A stretch of 60,114 nt of DNA, filler included, from Squatina squatina (taxonomy: Eukaryota), in NCBI GenBank assembly GCA_031763465.1. It is 3 parts of 3 records of this genome, joined end to end, with 100 filler letters (N's around TTAATTAATTAA, not from the genome) between each part and the next. Parts side by side here need not be neighbours in the genome. Positions count along the whole stretch, not along the records: positions 1 to 17,135 come from JARFOE010000189.1; 2 more parts are not named here. The stretch is one strand, 5' to 3'. The position numbers and the translations under genes were made by a program. The notes under the pieces are model-generated. The model was not told the DNA's origin. It did not search any database and saw nothing but the letters and a program-made list of their open reading frames with translations. This document shows positions 1 to 12,684 of the stretch, piece by piece. Each line of letters starts with the position of its first letter. Position 1 is the stretch's first letter.

Positions 1-140
1 CAGTACTTTTGTTTCTTCCTCCCCTGAAGTAACATGTTTTAACTTGCCCGCAGGAAAAAAGCCTAACATATTACTTTAAATGAGTAGTGAAAATAACACT
101 TTAGTAGCATCCTTTTACTCAAGACTTTAAAGAGTACATA

Positions 141-318
141 AATAAAAATGGAAAATGCTAGAAATACTCAGCAGGTCAGGCAGCATTTGATGAAAGGTCA
201 TTGACCTGAATCATTACTTCTGTTTCTCTCTCCGAGATGCTGCCTTGCCTGCTGAGTATTTCTGCATCCTGTTTCTATTTCAGATTTGCAGCATCCACAG
301 TATTTTGCTTTTGTATTA
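141..318. mobile_element. Palindromic elasmobranch interspersed repeat (MER6/Penelope-terminus-like)
   Basis: Inverted arms gaaatactcagcaggtcaggcagcat (161-186) and atgctgccttgcctgctgagtatttc (about 237-263). Related copies at about 15145-15260, 21785-21880 and 39638-39735. Confidence 0.7.
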
Positions 319-1393
319 GAAAAGTACATGCCCCTTAAAGTGAGTTTGATCCAAAGTCACTTGCTCATCTTTCCAAATCTGGTATAATTGAAGGGTTTTT
401 ATCGCATATGTATTCCTATAGGCAACGTCGTATACAGTAATCCACTCTCAAGTTATTTGCTTTATTTACGGCAAGCTGCTGTGAAGCCTTTTTATACAAT
501 TTCCTTCGATATCACTTGACTTCTACTGACCTGCAAGGTTTTAATTGAATTGCTTACTATAAATAAGCTGGGACACAATCTGCAGCTCATAGAGGAGAAC
601 AGAATATAAGAGGATTCAGTCATATGCCTGTGGTTTNNNNNNNNNNNNNNNNNNNNNNNNNNNNNNNNNNNNNNNNNNNNNNNNNNNNNNNNNNNNNNNN
701 NNNNNNNNNNNNNNNNNNNNNNNNNNNNNNNNNNNNTAATTTCTGAATGCCTCTTTAGGTTATCAAAAATAATACTGATCCTATTAAACAGTTTTTCTGT
801 TGTAGCTTTGTTTTAAATATATTTATTATCTTTCATCCCAGCTATATAAAGCTTGATTAGTTTTAAATGGCTTAAGAGTGTGATTATTATATGCTTTTTA
901 TTTTATAGAAAAATACTTGACTAAAACTTATTCCCCAAAACAGTAGAAGGCTGAGGCAGAAATGGCATACAGAAAATATATTAAAATAACCTTAACATGT
1001 AAAAAGTATTTTCTTCAAACTAAAAATAATGGAACATTAAATATTAATTTTCAAACCAAAAATATAATCAAAACATTTGTTTTTATTAACGTTTGTACAG
1101 AGCATGAGACCCAAAGTAAATACTGCCTCGGGGAAACTAACTCATACCAGCATTGTGGACATACCACATGAGGTAATGTAGCAAAGTTGGTTCTGGTACT
1201 ACCAGGAGGAAGTGCATGACTAGATATTTATGTTTCAGTATTATTTTCTGCTCATGTACAGTATGGCACCAATTTTGCATGGAAGGAAATGATGTGCACT
1301 GCTGAAAGAAAAATGTTAATGATCTTAATGATAAAGTGAAGAACTGTGCATAAACATCCAAAATAATCTTTTGCAATCTTTGTCATTTTTCAG

Positions 1394-1579
1394 GTCTGAT
1401 GTGGTGGTCCTGTGCTTCTCAATTGCTAACCCCAATTCCCTTAACCATGTCAGAACAATGTGGTTTCCTGAAATCAAGCACTTTTGCCCACGAACACCTG
1501 TTGTCTTAGTTGGCTGTCAGTTGGACTTGCGTTATGCTGATCTTGAGGCTGTAAATCGTGCACGACGCCCCTTAGCAAG
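1394..1579 (+). CDS. RHOBTB1: RHOBTB1 internal coding exon (Rho GTPase domain)
   Basis: tttttcag| acceptor and AG|gtact donor, 186 nt. Encodes (R)[61 protein letters not shown](R), the RhoBTB GTPase-domain signature. Confidence 0.95.
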
Positions 1580-2142
1580 GTACTATATGACATCCATGCA
1601 ATAAGTAACTTAATAAAAGGCACGTGTATCTCAGTACAAGTGCACATAGTGTAATTGTAATTCTGATGTAATATNNNNNNNNNNNNNNNNNNNNNNNNNN
1701 NNNNNNNNNNNNNNNNNNNNNNNNNNNNNNNNNNNNNNNNNNNNNNNNNNNNNNNNNNNNNNNNNNNNNNNNNNAGTGGTGCCACAACAGTGTGGGCCTG
1801 GCACTGGGACTATTATTGTTCACGTTTCAGAACAGAATTTGGCTGATCCAAGCACAGTTCTGACTTTAAACGTATTCTCTGTTTATATTAATTCTATGGG
1901 TTTTGTTGTCAGTGCTAGAGAATGACACACTATTATGGCACAGGCAGTCTGCCAGTAACCACCAATGCAAAATGACCTCCCAACAAAGATGTTTTTATTT
2001 TTAAAGAGAGTCAGTAACTCATCTGACACCTTTAACTCTGGCACACCATGAAGCAGCTTTTTCATAGATTTGAGATGCACTTAGCTGCCATTGATGAAGT
2101 AGGTATTCACTATTATCAGAAGTTTGGGTCATTGTAAAGAGA

Positions 2143-2236
2143 AGAAAGACTTACAATTTACACAGCCACTTACGTCAGAAATGTCTCGAGCACTTCACAC
2201 AAGTTACTTTGAAGTGCAGTCACTGTTATGTTGGCG
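2143..2236 (-). mobile_element. Degenerate 3' tail of the same SINE family
   Basis: agaaagactt...tactttgaagtgcagtcactgttatgt resembles 15349-15432. Confidence 0.55.
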
Positions 2237-2283
2237 AATGTACTATATTTCAGATAGTTTACTTTGTTGTATTTCTACCCTAG

Positions 2284-3369
2284 ACCAATAAGACCCAATG
2301 ACATTTTACCTCCTGAAAAGGGCCGAGAGGTAGCCAAAGAACTTGGGATCCCGTATTACGAAACCAGTGTGTTTGATCAGTTTGGAATCAAGGATGTATT
2401 TGATAATGCCGTCAGAGGTGCACTGATTTCGCGGCGACACCTTCAGTTCTGGAAATCTCATTTAAAGAAGGTACAGAAGCCTTTACTCCAGGCACCATTC
2501 CTACCACCTAAGCCACCGCCTCCAGTAATGAAAGTTCCAGATAGTCCTGTGAATGCTTTTNNNNNNNNNNNNNNNNNNNNNNNNNNNNNNNNNNNNNNNN
2601 NNNNNNNNNNNNNNNNNNNNNNNNNNNNNNNNNNNNNNNNNNNNNNNNNNNNNNNNNNNNAAACCTAGCCATCTGCTCGACAATCCACTGTGTACTGATG
2701 TTATGTTTGTACTTCAGAACCAGGTTAAAATCTATGCTCACAAGGTATACCTGGCTACCTCATCATCAAAATTTTATGACCTGTTTTTGTTGGATCTAAT
2801 TGCTGAATCTCCGACACATGATGGGAAAAATGAGAAACCGCTGAAACTAGGCAGAGACCATTTGATGAGAACTTTGAGCCTTGACACAGATGACGACAGC
2901 AGTGAGGTCAGCGTTAGTTCAACGCACTGCACTCTAAAAACATCCAAGAGTGATGGCATTTTGAAAATGAACATGCATGAGGATGAATCCTCAGCAGTGA
3001 AGGGAACACGGGCAGGAAGACCGCTGTCTTCGTGGAGCAAGGCCTTTAACCATATTCACGAAGAAGTCCTGGAGAACCCGGTAACAAAGAGGACGGGTCT
3101 TATGACCGTGGTTAGAATGGACCATTCAATCCAGCCAGGGCCTTTTGAAGCTGTATTACGATTTCTCTACACAGGAGAGCTGGATGAAAATGAGAAAGAT
3201 CTGATGAGAATTGCACAAATAGCAGAAATTTTGGAAGTTTTTGACTTGCGTATGATGGTTGAGAATATTCAAAATAAAGAAGCCTTTATGAATCAGGAGA
3301 TCACCAAAGCATTTCATGTCAGGAAAGCAAACCGAATAAAGGAATGCTTAGCGAAGGGAACATTTTCTG
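2284..3369 (+). CDS. RHOBTB1: RHOBTB1 large exon (end of GTPase domain, Pro-rich linker, split first BTB domain), interrupted by a 100-N gap
   Basis: ccctag| acceptor and G|gtaag donor. [29 protein letters not shown]...[13 protein letters not shown]...[gap 2561-2660]...[12 protein letters not shown]...[28 protein letters not shown]. Confidence 0.95.
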
Positions 3370-4880
3370 GTAAGTTTTTCAACTTCTAATTTTGCTGCAC
3401 ATTTTCTTATAACAATCCTTTTTTAATTCGTACATTCTATTCCTGCCAATTTAAAATCAGTTAATTCAAATCTTTTTTTTTTCAGTACATATAACAACTT
3501 TGAACGTGACTACATTAACTGTTAATAAATAACTGGTAATCTCGAATACGCAGCAAGAAACCATACAGTTTGATTTTGAAAAGAATCAGCTTTTGAAAAA
3601 CCTAATGTTAGTAAAATGTAGCCAGCTACATTTGCATTTAGGTATTCTAATTCTTAACCTTCTGCATAAACAGGGGCTCTGTGCAGTGAGGTACAACAAG
3701 ATGCCGTGATTAACATTGGAAAGGTTAAAGAGCGCCAATTGCCAACTTCATTGTTTCGCTCTTGGCCAGTAACAGAATATGTGAAACTTTCATTTGTTTC
3801 TTCTTGTACATGACACAATTTTTGTTCTTGCTAGTCCCTGGCTTGTTTTCCATGTGATTTCCCATAAGAATTGTACTGTCAGACAGCGCATTCGCTGCAC
3901 AGTTTTGAATTGACTCCAAAGTGAAGTGGAGCGAGACTCCCTCCTCCAGTCTCTCTGCTTTGTTCTGGTATAAGATCAGGCCTTGACTCCAAATCTTAAA
4001 CTGCAGCATCAATGCAGAGAAAACTGCTTAGCATCAACACTGCAGCTATATTGTAAATGCGGTCAGAGGTTTGTAGCAATTGATTTGACATGTTTGTTTC
4101 CCGTGCACAGCCTCTTGCTTTTGATAAGAGGATGTGAGCAGTGTATGACTTTATTTGGATCCAACAAAGCACTAAGAGAAACTGAACAAACCAGATGAAA
4201 CTGTTGACCTTTCGTAGAATAAACTATTCAGTTATCAGAACATCTGTGTATATGTAAAACGCCATTTCTAGCCTATTTAGCATAGTATCAGATAACAGTC
4301 ACNNNNNNNNNNNNNNNNNNNNNNNNNNNNNNNNNNNNNNNNNNNNNNNNNNNNNNNNNNNNNNNNNNNNNNNNNNNNNNNNNNNNNNNNNNNNNNNNNN
4401 NNNNNNNNNNNNNNNNNNNNNNNNNNNNNNNNNNNNNNNNNNNNNNNNNNNNNNNNNNNNNNNNNNNNNNNNNNNNNNNNNNNNNNNNNNNNNNNNNNNN
4501 NNNNNNNNNNNNNNNNNNNNNNNNNNNNNNNNNNNNNNNNNNNNNNNNNNNNNNNNNNNNNNNNNNNNNNNNNNNNNNNNNNNNNNNNNNNNNNNNNNNN
4601 NNNNNNNNNNNNNNNNNNNNNNNNNNNNNNNNNNNNNNNNNNNNNNNNNNNNNNNNNNNNNNNNNNNNNNNNNNNNNNNNNNNNNNNNNNTTATTGGTGC
4701 CATGTTGTCTGCAGACTAACTATCTGAAGTATTTATAGCATGTACCCGATGCAGAATTCAATTATCTCCTGTCATTAATGCTTAAAAGAAAGTAATTAGT
4801 ATGTGGTTACAGTGCTGTTTTACATTTAGATTTTTACAGTTATGATAGCAACATTTTTTTTCTCTACTTTTCAATGGCAG

Positions 4881-4999
4881 ATGTAACGCTTAAATTAGAA
4901 GATGGGAGTATTAATGGCCACAAGTCTTTGTTGATTTCTAGCTGCGAGTGGATGGCAGCTATGTTTGGAGGGTCTTTTCTGGAGAGCTCAAACAAAGAG
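4881..4999 (+). CDS. RHOBTB1: RHOBTB1 exon (start of second BTB domain), not in ORF track
   Basis: ggcag| acceptor and GAG|gttag donor, 119 nt, phase compatible with the previous exon. (D)[39 protein letters not shown]. Confidence 0.93.
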
Positions 5000-7130
5000 G
5001 TTAGTGCAATAAACTTCATATTCTTAGAGAAAAAATATTAGATATTTATGAATTATATTGGAAACTATGTAAAAGATTAAAAATGTAATGCCTGTGACTT
5101 GTTTCATGGTTAATACAGTGAACACCTAAGCCTTATAGATCAGGAAGACCTTGGCCTGCTCTGAGTTAGCTGATCTTAGCTGGGGCAGTGCGTGGCGTGC
5201 CTACAATTAGCCTTTGCACCTCTGTGGTGGGGAGGACAAGGAATCCCGTTCCTGATTGTTACATAGTGGTCCCTTCTGTTGGTGTAAGAGTATAGACATC
5301 AGGTGAAGATAGTACCTGGCTTGATAGTATTTTCCCGACACTCAGCAGGAATCTCTTTTTTTTTAACCCTTCTGTCTTCAGATGGTGCTCGAGTGCTAAG
5401 ACAATAAAATAGAGCAGTATGGACTTACTGCTCCAAACAAATTGCACCAAAATTCTCCTTATTAAAACCTGGTAGTCTGGAGTACTATCTGCTCAGATTC
5501 CCCCCCAGCCCAGCCCCTGCAAATGGGTGTAGGTGGGCATGGCTTCGGTCTCGATGCAGTTTTCCATAATTACTGCCCCTAACCAGACCTCAGAACACCA
5601 CCACTGAGTGAGCAGCATGACAAGGCGGGTATCATATGGAGGAGGCCATTTAGGATTTCCTGACAGGAGCCTGCAGAAACTGCCTACTCAGTGATTTCTT
5701 TTGGCGATTCTAGCTGTAGAGCTCCTCTTCTGACCGGTTATAATGAGTACTTGAGAAAGTAACTTCCTGAGCTGGGGAAATGGATTTCCAGATGGGAATT
5801 GCTCTCTTTCTGTGCTTAGAGGAGGATATGGAAGTGATTTGATTGGAGGCTCCTAGATTGAGGCAACACAGAAGAGCTTTGATTCCTACACATCAAACCT
5901 CTCCTCAGGGTTTACAGACCTAGAAGGCCGGATAGATTTCAGTGCCTCAGAAGGCTTCACTTCCCCCGGAGTTATTGTCAGCTGCTGGCTAAATACCTGC
6001 AGCCCACTTCTACCAGGAGAACAACATGGTCTGTAGCAGGGAAAGTGACCACTGCCTTGATTTTTCTTTTTTGCACTGAATCCTTCCAGGCAGCCTCAGG
6101 TGATTTTTGTCACATTAGCCAGGCACCAGCATACCCTTCTATAAAGAAGGCAACTGCTCTATTCAGGCGGGCTTCGCAGTTTATTACCTTGTCTGTGGAA
6201 CTTGGGAAACAATATAGTGAGAAGCCCATTTTAATAGATTGGCAGGTTTCCAACAGTTGTGGAGAGCAATTGGCAGAGCATATGTAGCATTGAAAACCTC
6301 GTACAACAACCCCTTCAGTTTCATTAACAGGCAAAGCTTTCATTCGGTAGATCTCCAGGTAGTATGTGATACCATTCACCTCACCATACATATTAATCCA
6401 CACTACACTGAAAGCTATCAAGACGCTTCTTTCATACAACAATCCATCATATCAGCCCTCATAACTCAGAACCATGTATTGAAATGGTTCATTGGTGATC
6501 ATGGATTATGACTCCAGTAAGAATCCAATAAATGCATTGTGGCCCATGGGATTATATAAACTTCAGTAGAGCTGATAGACATTCTTAAGTCTCAAATCTG
6601 GGGTAGTCCTTTGGTACAGCCCAGTCAGAGTCATTGTGCCTTGCTGCATCCTACATAATATCACATGACAAAGTGTTGCTATTTCCTGAAGTCGAAGGAG
6701 ATAACAATGATGATTCGAGAGGGCCCTCCAATCAGGAGGANNNNNNNNNNNNNNNNNNNNNNNNNNNNNNNNNNNNNNNNNNNNNNNNNNNNNNNNNNNN
6801 NNNNNNNNNNNNNNNNNNNNNNNNNNNNNNNNNNNNNNNNTAACCAAACTGTATTCAATTTTCATCAAAGTTTATTGCTATGCAGGCTTTTTTTAAAAAA
6901 AAGTGTTGTTCAACCTAGATTATTTAGCCTGACAACAATTTTTGTGTCCAAAAGCTTTACATTGTAAAGATTTAACTATTCTTGTTGTTTGCTTTCTCAT
7001 CAGCTTGACTTTTTAAAACCCAAAAAAAATTTTTTTGTTTTAAATCGATTGGAGTGTTCTAGAATATGGGGGAATCTTCAATGTGCAGAGCGACAGTTCT
7101 GATTTGTAACTCTACCGTTTTAATTAACAG

Positions 7131-7297
7131 AAAACCAAGAGTATTTTGAAAAGCATCGTTGGCCACCTGTGTGGTACCTTAAAGAAGAGGACCATTACCA
7201 GCGAGTGAAAAGGGAACGTGAGCAGGATGAGGTTGCCGTTCACAAGCATCACTCAAAACGCAGGTGGTGCTTCTGGCACCATTCTACTGTTGCCTAA
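7131..7297 (+). CDS. RHOBTB1: RHOBTB1 terminal coding exon with stop codon, not in ORF track
   Basis: taacag| acceptor. (E)[54 protein letters not shown]. The KWCFW...VA-type ending and the adjacent CDK1 favour RHOBTB1 over RHOBTB2. Confidence 0.93.
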
Positions 7298-8230
7298 AAC
7301 CTCCATGAGAAACCAACTCTAGTAAACAGCCAGAACATCCTGTGCATTATTAGGTAGATTAAAAAATCCACAAACGTATTTGTCTTAACTCTGTTTACTG
7401 TAAAAAAAAAATGGCTCATTGTCTTGGGATAATCTGCCATGTGTATTTAAACAATCATTGTTGTGTTTGAAGCACAACCCTCTTGTCCAAAAAACACACC
7501 TGCTTGCTATAACAAACTGGTCCCCGTGTGGTGCCTATAGATTGGTTTAAAATACTTTTAATATAGATTAACTGTCAACAGTGATATTTCTTTTGTTGTG
7601 AAAAGAATCGCTACTGTTGCGTTTTAATTCAAAATAAAATATTTAATTATTTTTGTACCGGTGTTGGCTATATACCTTTGTTGTAACCAAAGTAGAGTCA
7701 AAGAAGTAATTTAGTTTTTAGGAAACTTATGTAATTAGAAGGGCTTAGTAAGTAATCCATGAAAGAGGTGACTTGTTTCTATGTGGACCTAAACACACAC
7801 AAGTAACTAGGAGCAGTTTGCTGCTCTCTCTCTATATGTACCTTTCCAGTCATGCTGTTTTATCTTGCTATAGTTACCATTATTATTGCACAGTTACTGT
7901 ATACCACAAATATTAGCGTACAAAAATAAAAGTGAAGCTATGTGTTATTTAACCGTAAAGTTTTGAAGTGTTAGAGATTGATTCAGTTGGATTATTTCGA
8001 GCAGTGGGAAAGTAATGTACTAAAGTTGTGTTCAATCCTATTTTTGCCAAAAAGATTTCTGCATGTAATTATATTTCGGTACATAATGTAACGTCAATCT
8101 ACTGTGACTGTCAGCTGCTGACACCAAGTGGCTGGTTCATTTGGTTGCAGTTCCTTTAGCCTTCGACCTTTGTGTTCATTACCTTTTCACTATTTTGCAT
8201 CAATAAAATTAAATATATGTTGTGACTGTG
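7298..8230 (+). other. RHOBTB1: Probable RHOBTB1 3' UTR with candidate polyadenylation signals
   Basis: AT-rich, repeat-free sequence after the stop. AATAAA near 7634, near 7925 and at 8202-8207, the last followed by a GT-rich tract. The true 3' end cannot be determined. Confidence 0.5.
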
Positions 8231-9994
8231 TCATGGTGGAAGTGTAAGGTGGCATAACACACTTTTTCAAAAGATTACCCTTTTTTCTTGTACAATCCTT
8301 ACTATATACAGTAATATATATTCCACAAAAGTAGCATTTATTCTGTAGCTTCTCGGACTTGAAAAAATGAACTTTCACTGGGATTTACATGTAAACAGGC
8401 TTACGAAGTAAAATACTTTGTACCTAGTCAACATAATCTGACAGAAATAACTTGACTGGTTGATTGCAGATCCAACCAAGATTCGGTCATCTCACTGAAT
8501 GTCAATGCTTAGATTGCATTGCTCAAAAACACACAACCACGGTGCTCAACTAAGAAAACAACATATGCTTCTATGTTTATTTTGTTATTTGTACTGCACT
8601 CATCATCGTTTCCTGCCAAGGGTCTTGCTGTAACATACATGTAAGATCAAAAGTTGGGGAATCTTGATTACATGTCACTTTTTCTATATTGGATTGTCCT
8701 CCATTATGATGAGCACTGGACCTTACACACTTCGTCAAAAATTTCAATGGCTTTACGTTGCTCAAAATATAGTAACACATTGATAATAGAATGGTTACAG
8801 CACAGAAGGAGGCCAATCAGCCCGTCGCACATGCTTTCACTCAAGGTTCAGAATAATATACAACATTTTAATTGTTTAGGGTCATAACATGAAAGAGATT
8901 TTTTTTTTGAAGAAAAGTTATTTAACCTTTCTTTTAAAACTTTTAGCAGAATTCTTTGTCCCTTCTATTGAATATCGGTTGGTAATACTTCCCCACAATT
9001 AGGACCACAGAAATTGCCCTGCAGTTGGTATAAAGAATACCGTCACAACATGGAGCATAACTACTGGTTGTAAATTATTACTGCTAAGGGTATATTGTAT
9101 ATATTGATTCAACAGTTTTTCAGTAATCAACTATAAATTATTTCTCAATAAACTTCCAGTAGTCATTAAAACTGTAGTGATTAAAGGTCATCAATCGGTA
9201 ACACTGAGACCAGACACAAAAAGGAGCACATCTTAAAAACTTCAAGTCAATAATCTAATCTCAGGATCAGTTATAAACCACTCAAGCTATGTGGCCTGAA
9301 TAGCTCAGTTGTCTTGTAGTTATCCCAAATATATTTTATTCTCTGTTTGGATACTGTGCTTTCTACAAGGTTTAAATAGGGTTTAAAACAGGGACACAGT
9401 AATGCCAACTCTCACGAATTAATCACGAGACACGCGATTTTTAATGAAACTGTGACCCAGCTCACAATCTCGTGATTTAACAGCAAAATCTTGCTTTTTT
9501 TTCCCCTGGGGGAATGGTGAAATGACGCTGGGTATGAGTTGAACTGAATGGCCAGTGCGTTGCTGCACCGCTTAGCATTGGGCCCGAAGATTGGAACGCT
9601 CCCCAGAAGCACGCACAAAGGGATTGGAACCTTCGGTGGCAGCTCTCTTTTCTGTAATCCTAAGGAATTTGTAGGGTGCAGCTCCCCTCTATCAGATATC
9701 TGGACCTCGGGAATTCCTTATTCTAAAGCTCCTTTCACATCGCCTTAATTCATGCTCAGGCCATCTCACTCGGTCCTAAGATTCTCAGCCAATTCTAAGC
9801 TCTGGAGAGCAATGGTCCCTCTTTTTTTTGGTGCACGGTCCCTTTAATTTGCTACATGGTAACTTTTCCAGGGGCTGCAGCTGGTGAGCAGCCTNNNNNN
9901 NNNNNNNNNNNNNNNNNNNNNNNNNNNNNNNNNNNNNNNNNNNNNNNNNNNNNNNNNNNNNNNNNNNNNNNNNNNNNNNNNNNNNNNNNNNNNN

Positions 9995-10169
<175 letters not shown>

Positions 10170-11199
10170 TCAATTAGTAGTTAACTTGTAAAATCCATAA
10201 TAATTGATGTAAACCAAAATTTGCAATTACAAATATGATAGGAGCTCCACAAAATACTGCTCAGCATGGATGACTAACATGTCACAGACCAACAGTTCAA
10301 TAGCTAAACCTTGGCAGAAACAATTTTTATGGAGTGGTTACCAGCCCAAAGATTACTGTTCACCTGTTTTTAAAATATAACTCAAAAAGGTTAAAGTTGA
10401 TGAGCATATATCCAATACCAGTAAGGCTTGTGAAAGAACATTAAAAAAAGGTACTCCCCGGAATCTCTTTAACTTTCACGTTCCTATCAGGTTGAAGGTG
10501 AGCTCAACATAAACTCCCAATTTAAGGTTAGGCTACTCGTGTCAAAATGCGTTTACAACTAGCTGCTCCTTCACCCATTAAAGCCAGAGTCACAGCTAAA
10601 GGATGAATGGCATGAGCAGAGTTAACGCACCAAAGCAACTAGTCTTCCCCAGGAGCAGGGAGGCAATACAATCAAGCGAGCCCAAATGGTAAAGGAATGC
10701 TACTAAAATAGGTATTTTATCAAAAACTACCAATCTTAACTCTAATATACCACGAGCTTTTTTTTTTAAAAATTGTATTTCTTCACATCTTTGANNNNNN
10801 NNNNNNNNNNNNNNNNNNNNNNNNNNNNNNNNNNNNNNNNNNNNNNNNNNNNNNNNNNNNNNNNNNNNNNNNNNNNNNNNNNNNNNNNNNNNNNATTGAC
10901 GTTTACGTTACTAAAGGAGGCCATTCGGCCCACGGTGTCCGTGCCCTTCTCACATTTACCGTTCAGAATTCTTACTTAAACAATAGAAAATTAAGTGGAA
11001 AAAATCAAAATGTCGTAGACGCAGAACAGCTCTCATTGAAGGAACAGTTATCTGGCACATAGCCCTGTAAAATCATTTATGAAGATAGCAAACAGAGACT
11101 ATCATCACTCCTGTCAGCTGCTTAAAATAAATAAATAAATAAGTAGATAGACAAAACAACGTTTCAGGCCGTCTAGTTTCTGCAGCAGAACAAAATTTC

Positions 11200-11372
11200 T
11201 TTTGAAAACAGCTAATATGAACCTCACAGAAGTCAGGGGCAGGAATAGGTCGTACCATTCATCTAAGGTCATCTCCTTATACTGCAACGCTTCCATCGTA
11301 GTATCCAGCTGCATTTTAAACAACTCCAATGTTTTTGCCTCCACTGCCCTGCCTGACCGATTATTTCAAGTG
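11200..11372 (-). mobile_element. CR1 LINE 3' fragment
   Basis: Minus strand reads ...AVEAKTLELFKMQLD..., the typical CR1 ORF2 end (VEAxTLxxFKxxLD), followed by a 3' UTR. Confidence 0.6.
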
Positions 11373-11852
11373 TATTTTTGAATAATGTCCTTCCCAATTC
11401 CCACTCTTACAATTACTTTTCACCAATTTCTCTTCATATTCTTTCTGTCTTCCTGCCTTGCTTTGAAGTAACCTAACTGGGGGTTTCACCTAGTTAACTA
11501 TCAACATATGATCTTTACGAAACTGCATTTGACCGCCATTCTTGCAAGTCTTGCATGAATACTCATAGAGAAAGGCATTGAGCCTGCCAGTTTCAGCCAG
11601 GATGTAATACTATGGGAACCAGGAGGAGAATAACTGCAGTGGTCATCCTTCATGAACACATCTGGCTTTGACAGTCAGGTAATAGCACTTCATGCTCAGG
11701 TCAACCTCTGATTTGGTGGAGTTTGTTTGATCCACAAATTAGCATATGCTCGGTGCTCGACCAAGAATGCAAAATAAATGTCTTTAAAATTGTGGGAGCT
11801 CAGATCAAAGCATGGGCATTTGTACAAGTTACACAAAGTTTTGTTGATATTA

Positions 11853-11955
11853 AAAAAGAAAGTTGCATTTATATAGCGTCTTTCATGACCTCAGGACATC
11901 CCGGAGCGCTTTACAGCCAGTGAAGTACTTTTTGAAGTGTAGTCACTGCTGTAAT
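11853..11955 (-). mobile_element. 3' tail of the same SINE family
   Basis: gaaagttgcatttatatagcgtctttcatgacctcaggacatccc...gaagtactttttgaagtgtagtcactgctgtaat. Confidence 0.75.
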
Positions 11956-12684
11956 ATTCCTTCATATTGTGGATTTTAAAAGCAATCCAGTCAGTGGGAG
12001 AATGTTATAGATGATGCCTGGCCCCTTTAACAGATTTTTCCAACTAGAGTCACTTGCTTTCCTCTCCCTGTGATTTGTGGAAGGTGCCTAGTTGGCATTT
12101 GTATATTGTTGGCATTGTGCCCCACAGGTGTCACTCCTGGATGGCAAGTCTTGTAACCAGTAGTCGTGTCTGGTGCCTTCTGTTAAATTGGGATGTAGCC
12201 AGATATGTGCAACCTACACAGCTGCGTCCATTTTTTTCCAAGATGACGAGTGGGAGTGCAAAGTGCTAATCTTAAGGTTGCATTCTGAGGGGTGCCACTG
12301 CACATGGTGATGTTGCCATTTGTGGTTAACAGTCTAATACGCAGGCCTTGGATCTTAGGCCTGACATTTTTTTATTTCTGGGATGTGGGCATTACTGGCC
12401 AGCTTTTATTGCCCATCCCTAATTGCCCTTGAGAAGGTGGTGCAGNNNNNNNNNNNNNNNNNNNNNNNNNNNNNNNNNNNNNNNNNNNNNNNNNNNNNNN
12501 NNNNNNNNNNNNNNNNNNNNNNNNNNNNNNNNNNNNNNNNNNNNNTGGCATCTACGGTGGTGATTCTGCAAAATGTGGCAAACCAGGTAATGGCATCAAC
12601 ATCATTTTATTTGAATATACCTGTCTATATATGGGTGGGGCATCCAGCAGGAGGTACGCTGGATGATTGGGTTGGGAATTTGGC

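Noticed and set aside
6040-6700. Cluster of short ORFs in a RHOBTB1 intron, faintly reminiscent of a decayed reverse transcriptase
   Set aside because: No intact diagnostic motif and no splice-bounded exon were found, so it is too degenerate to call.
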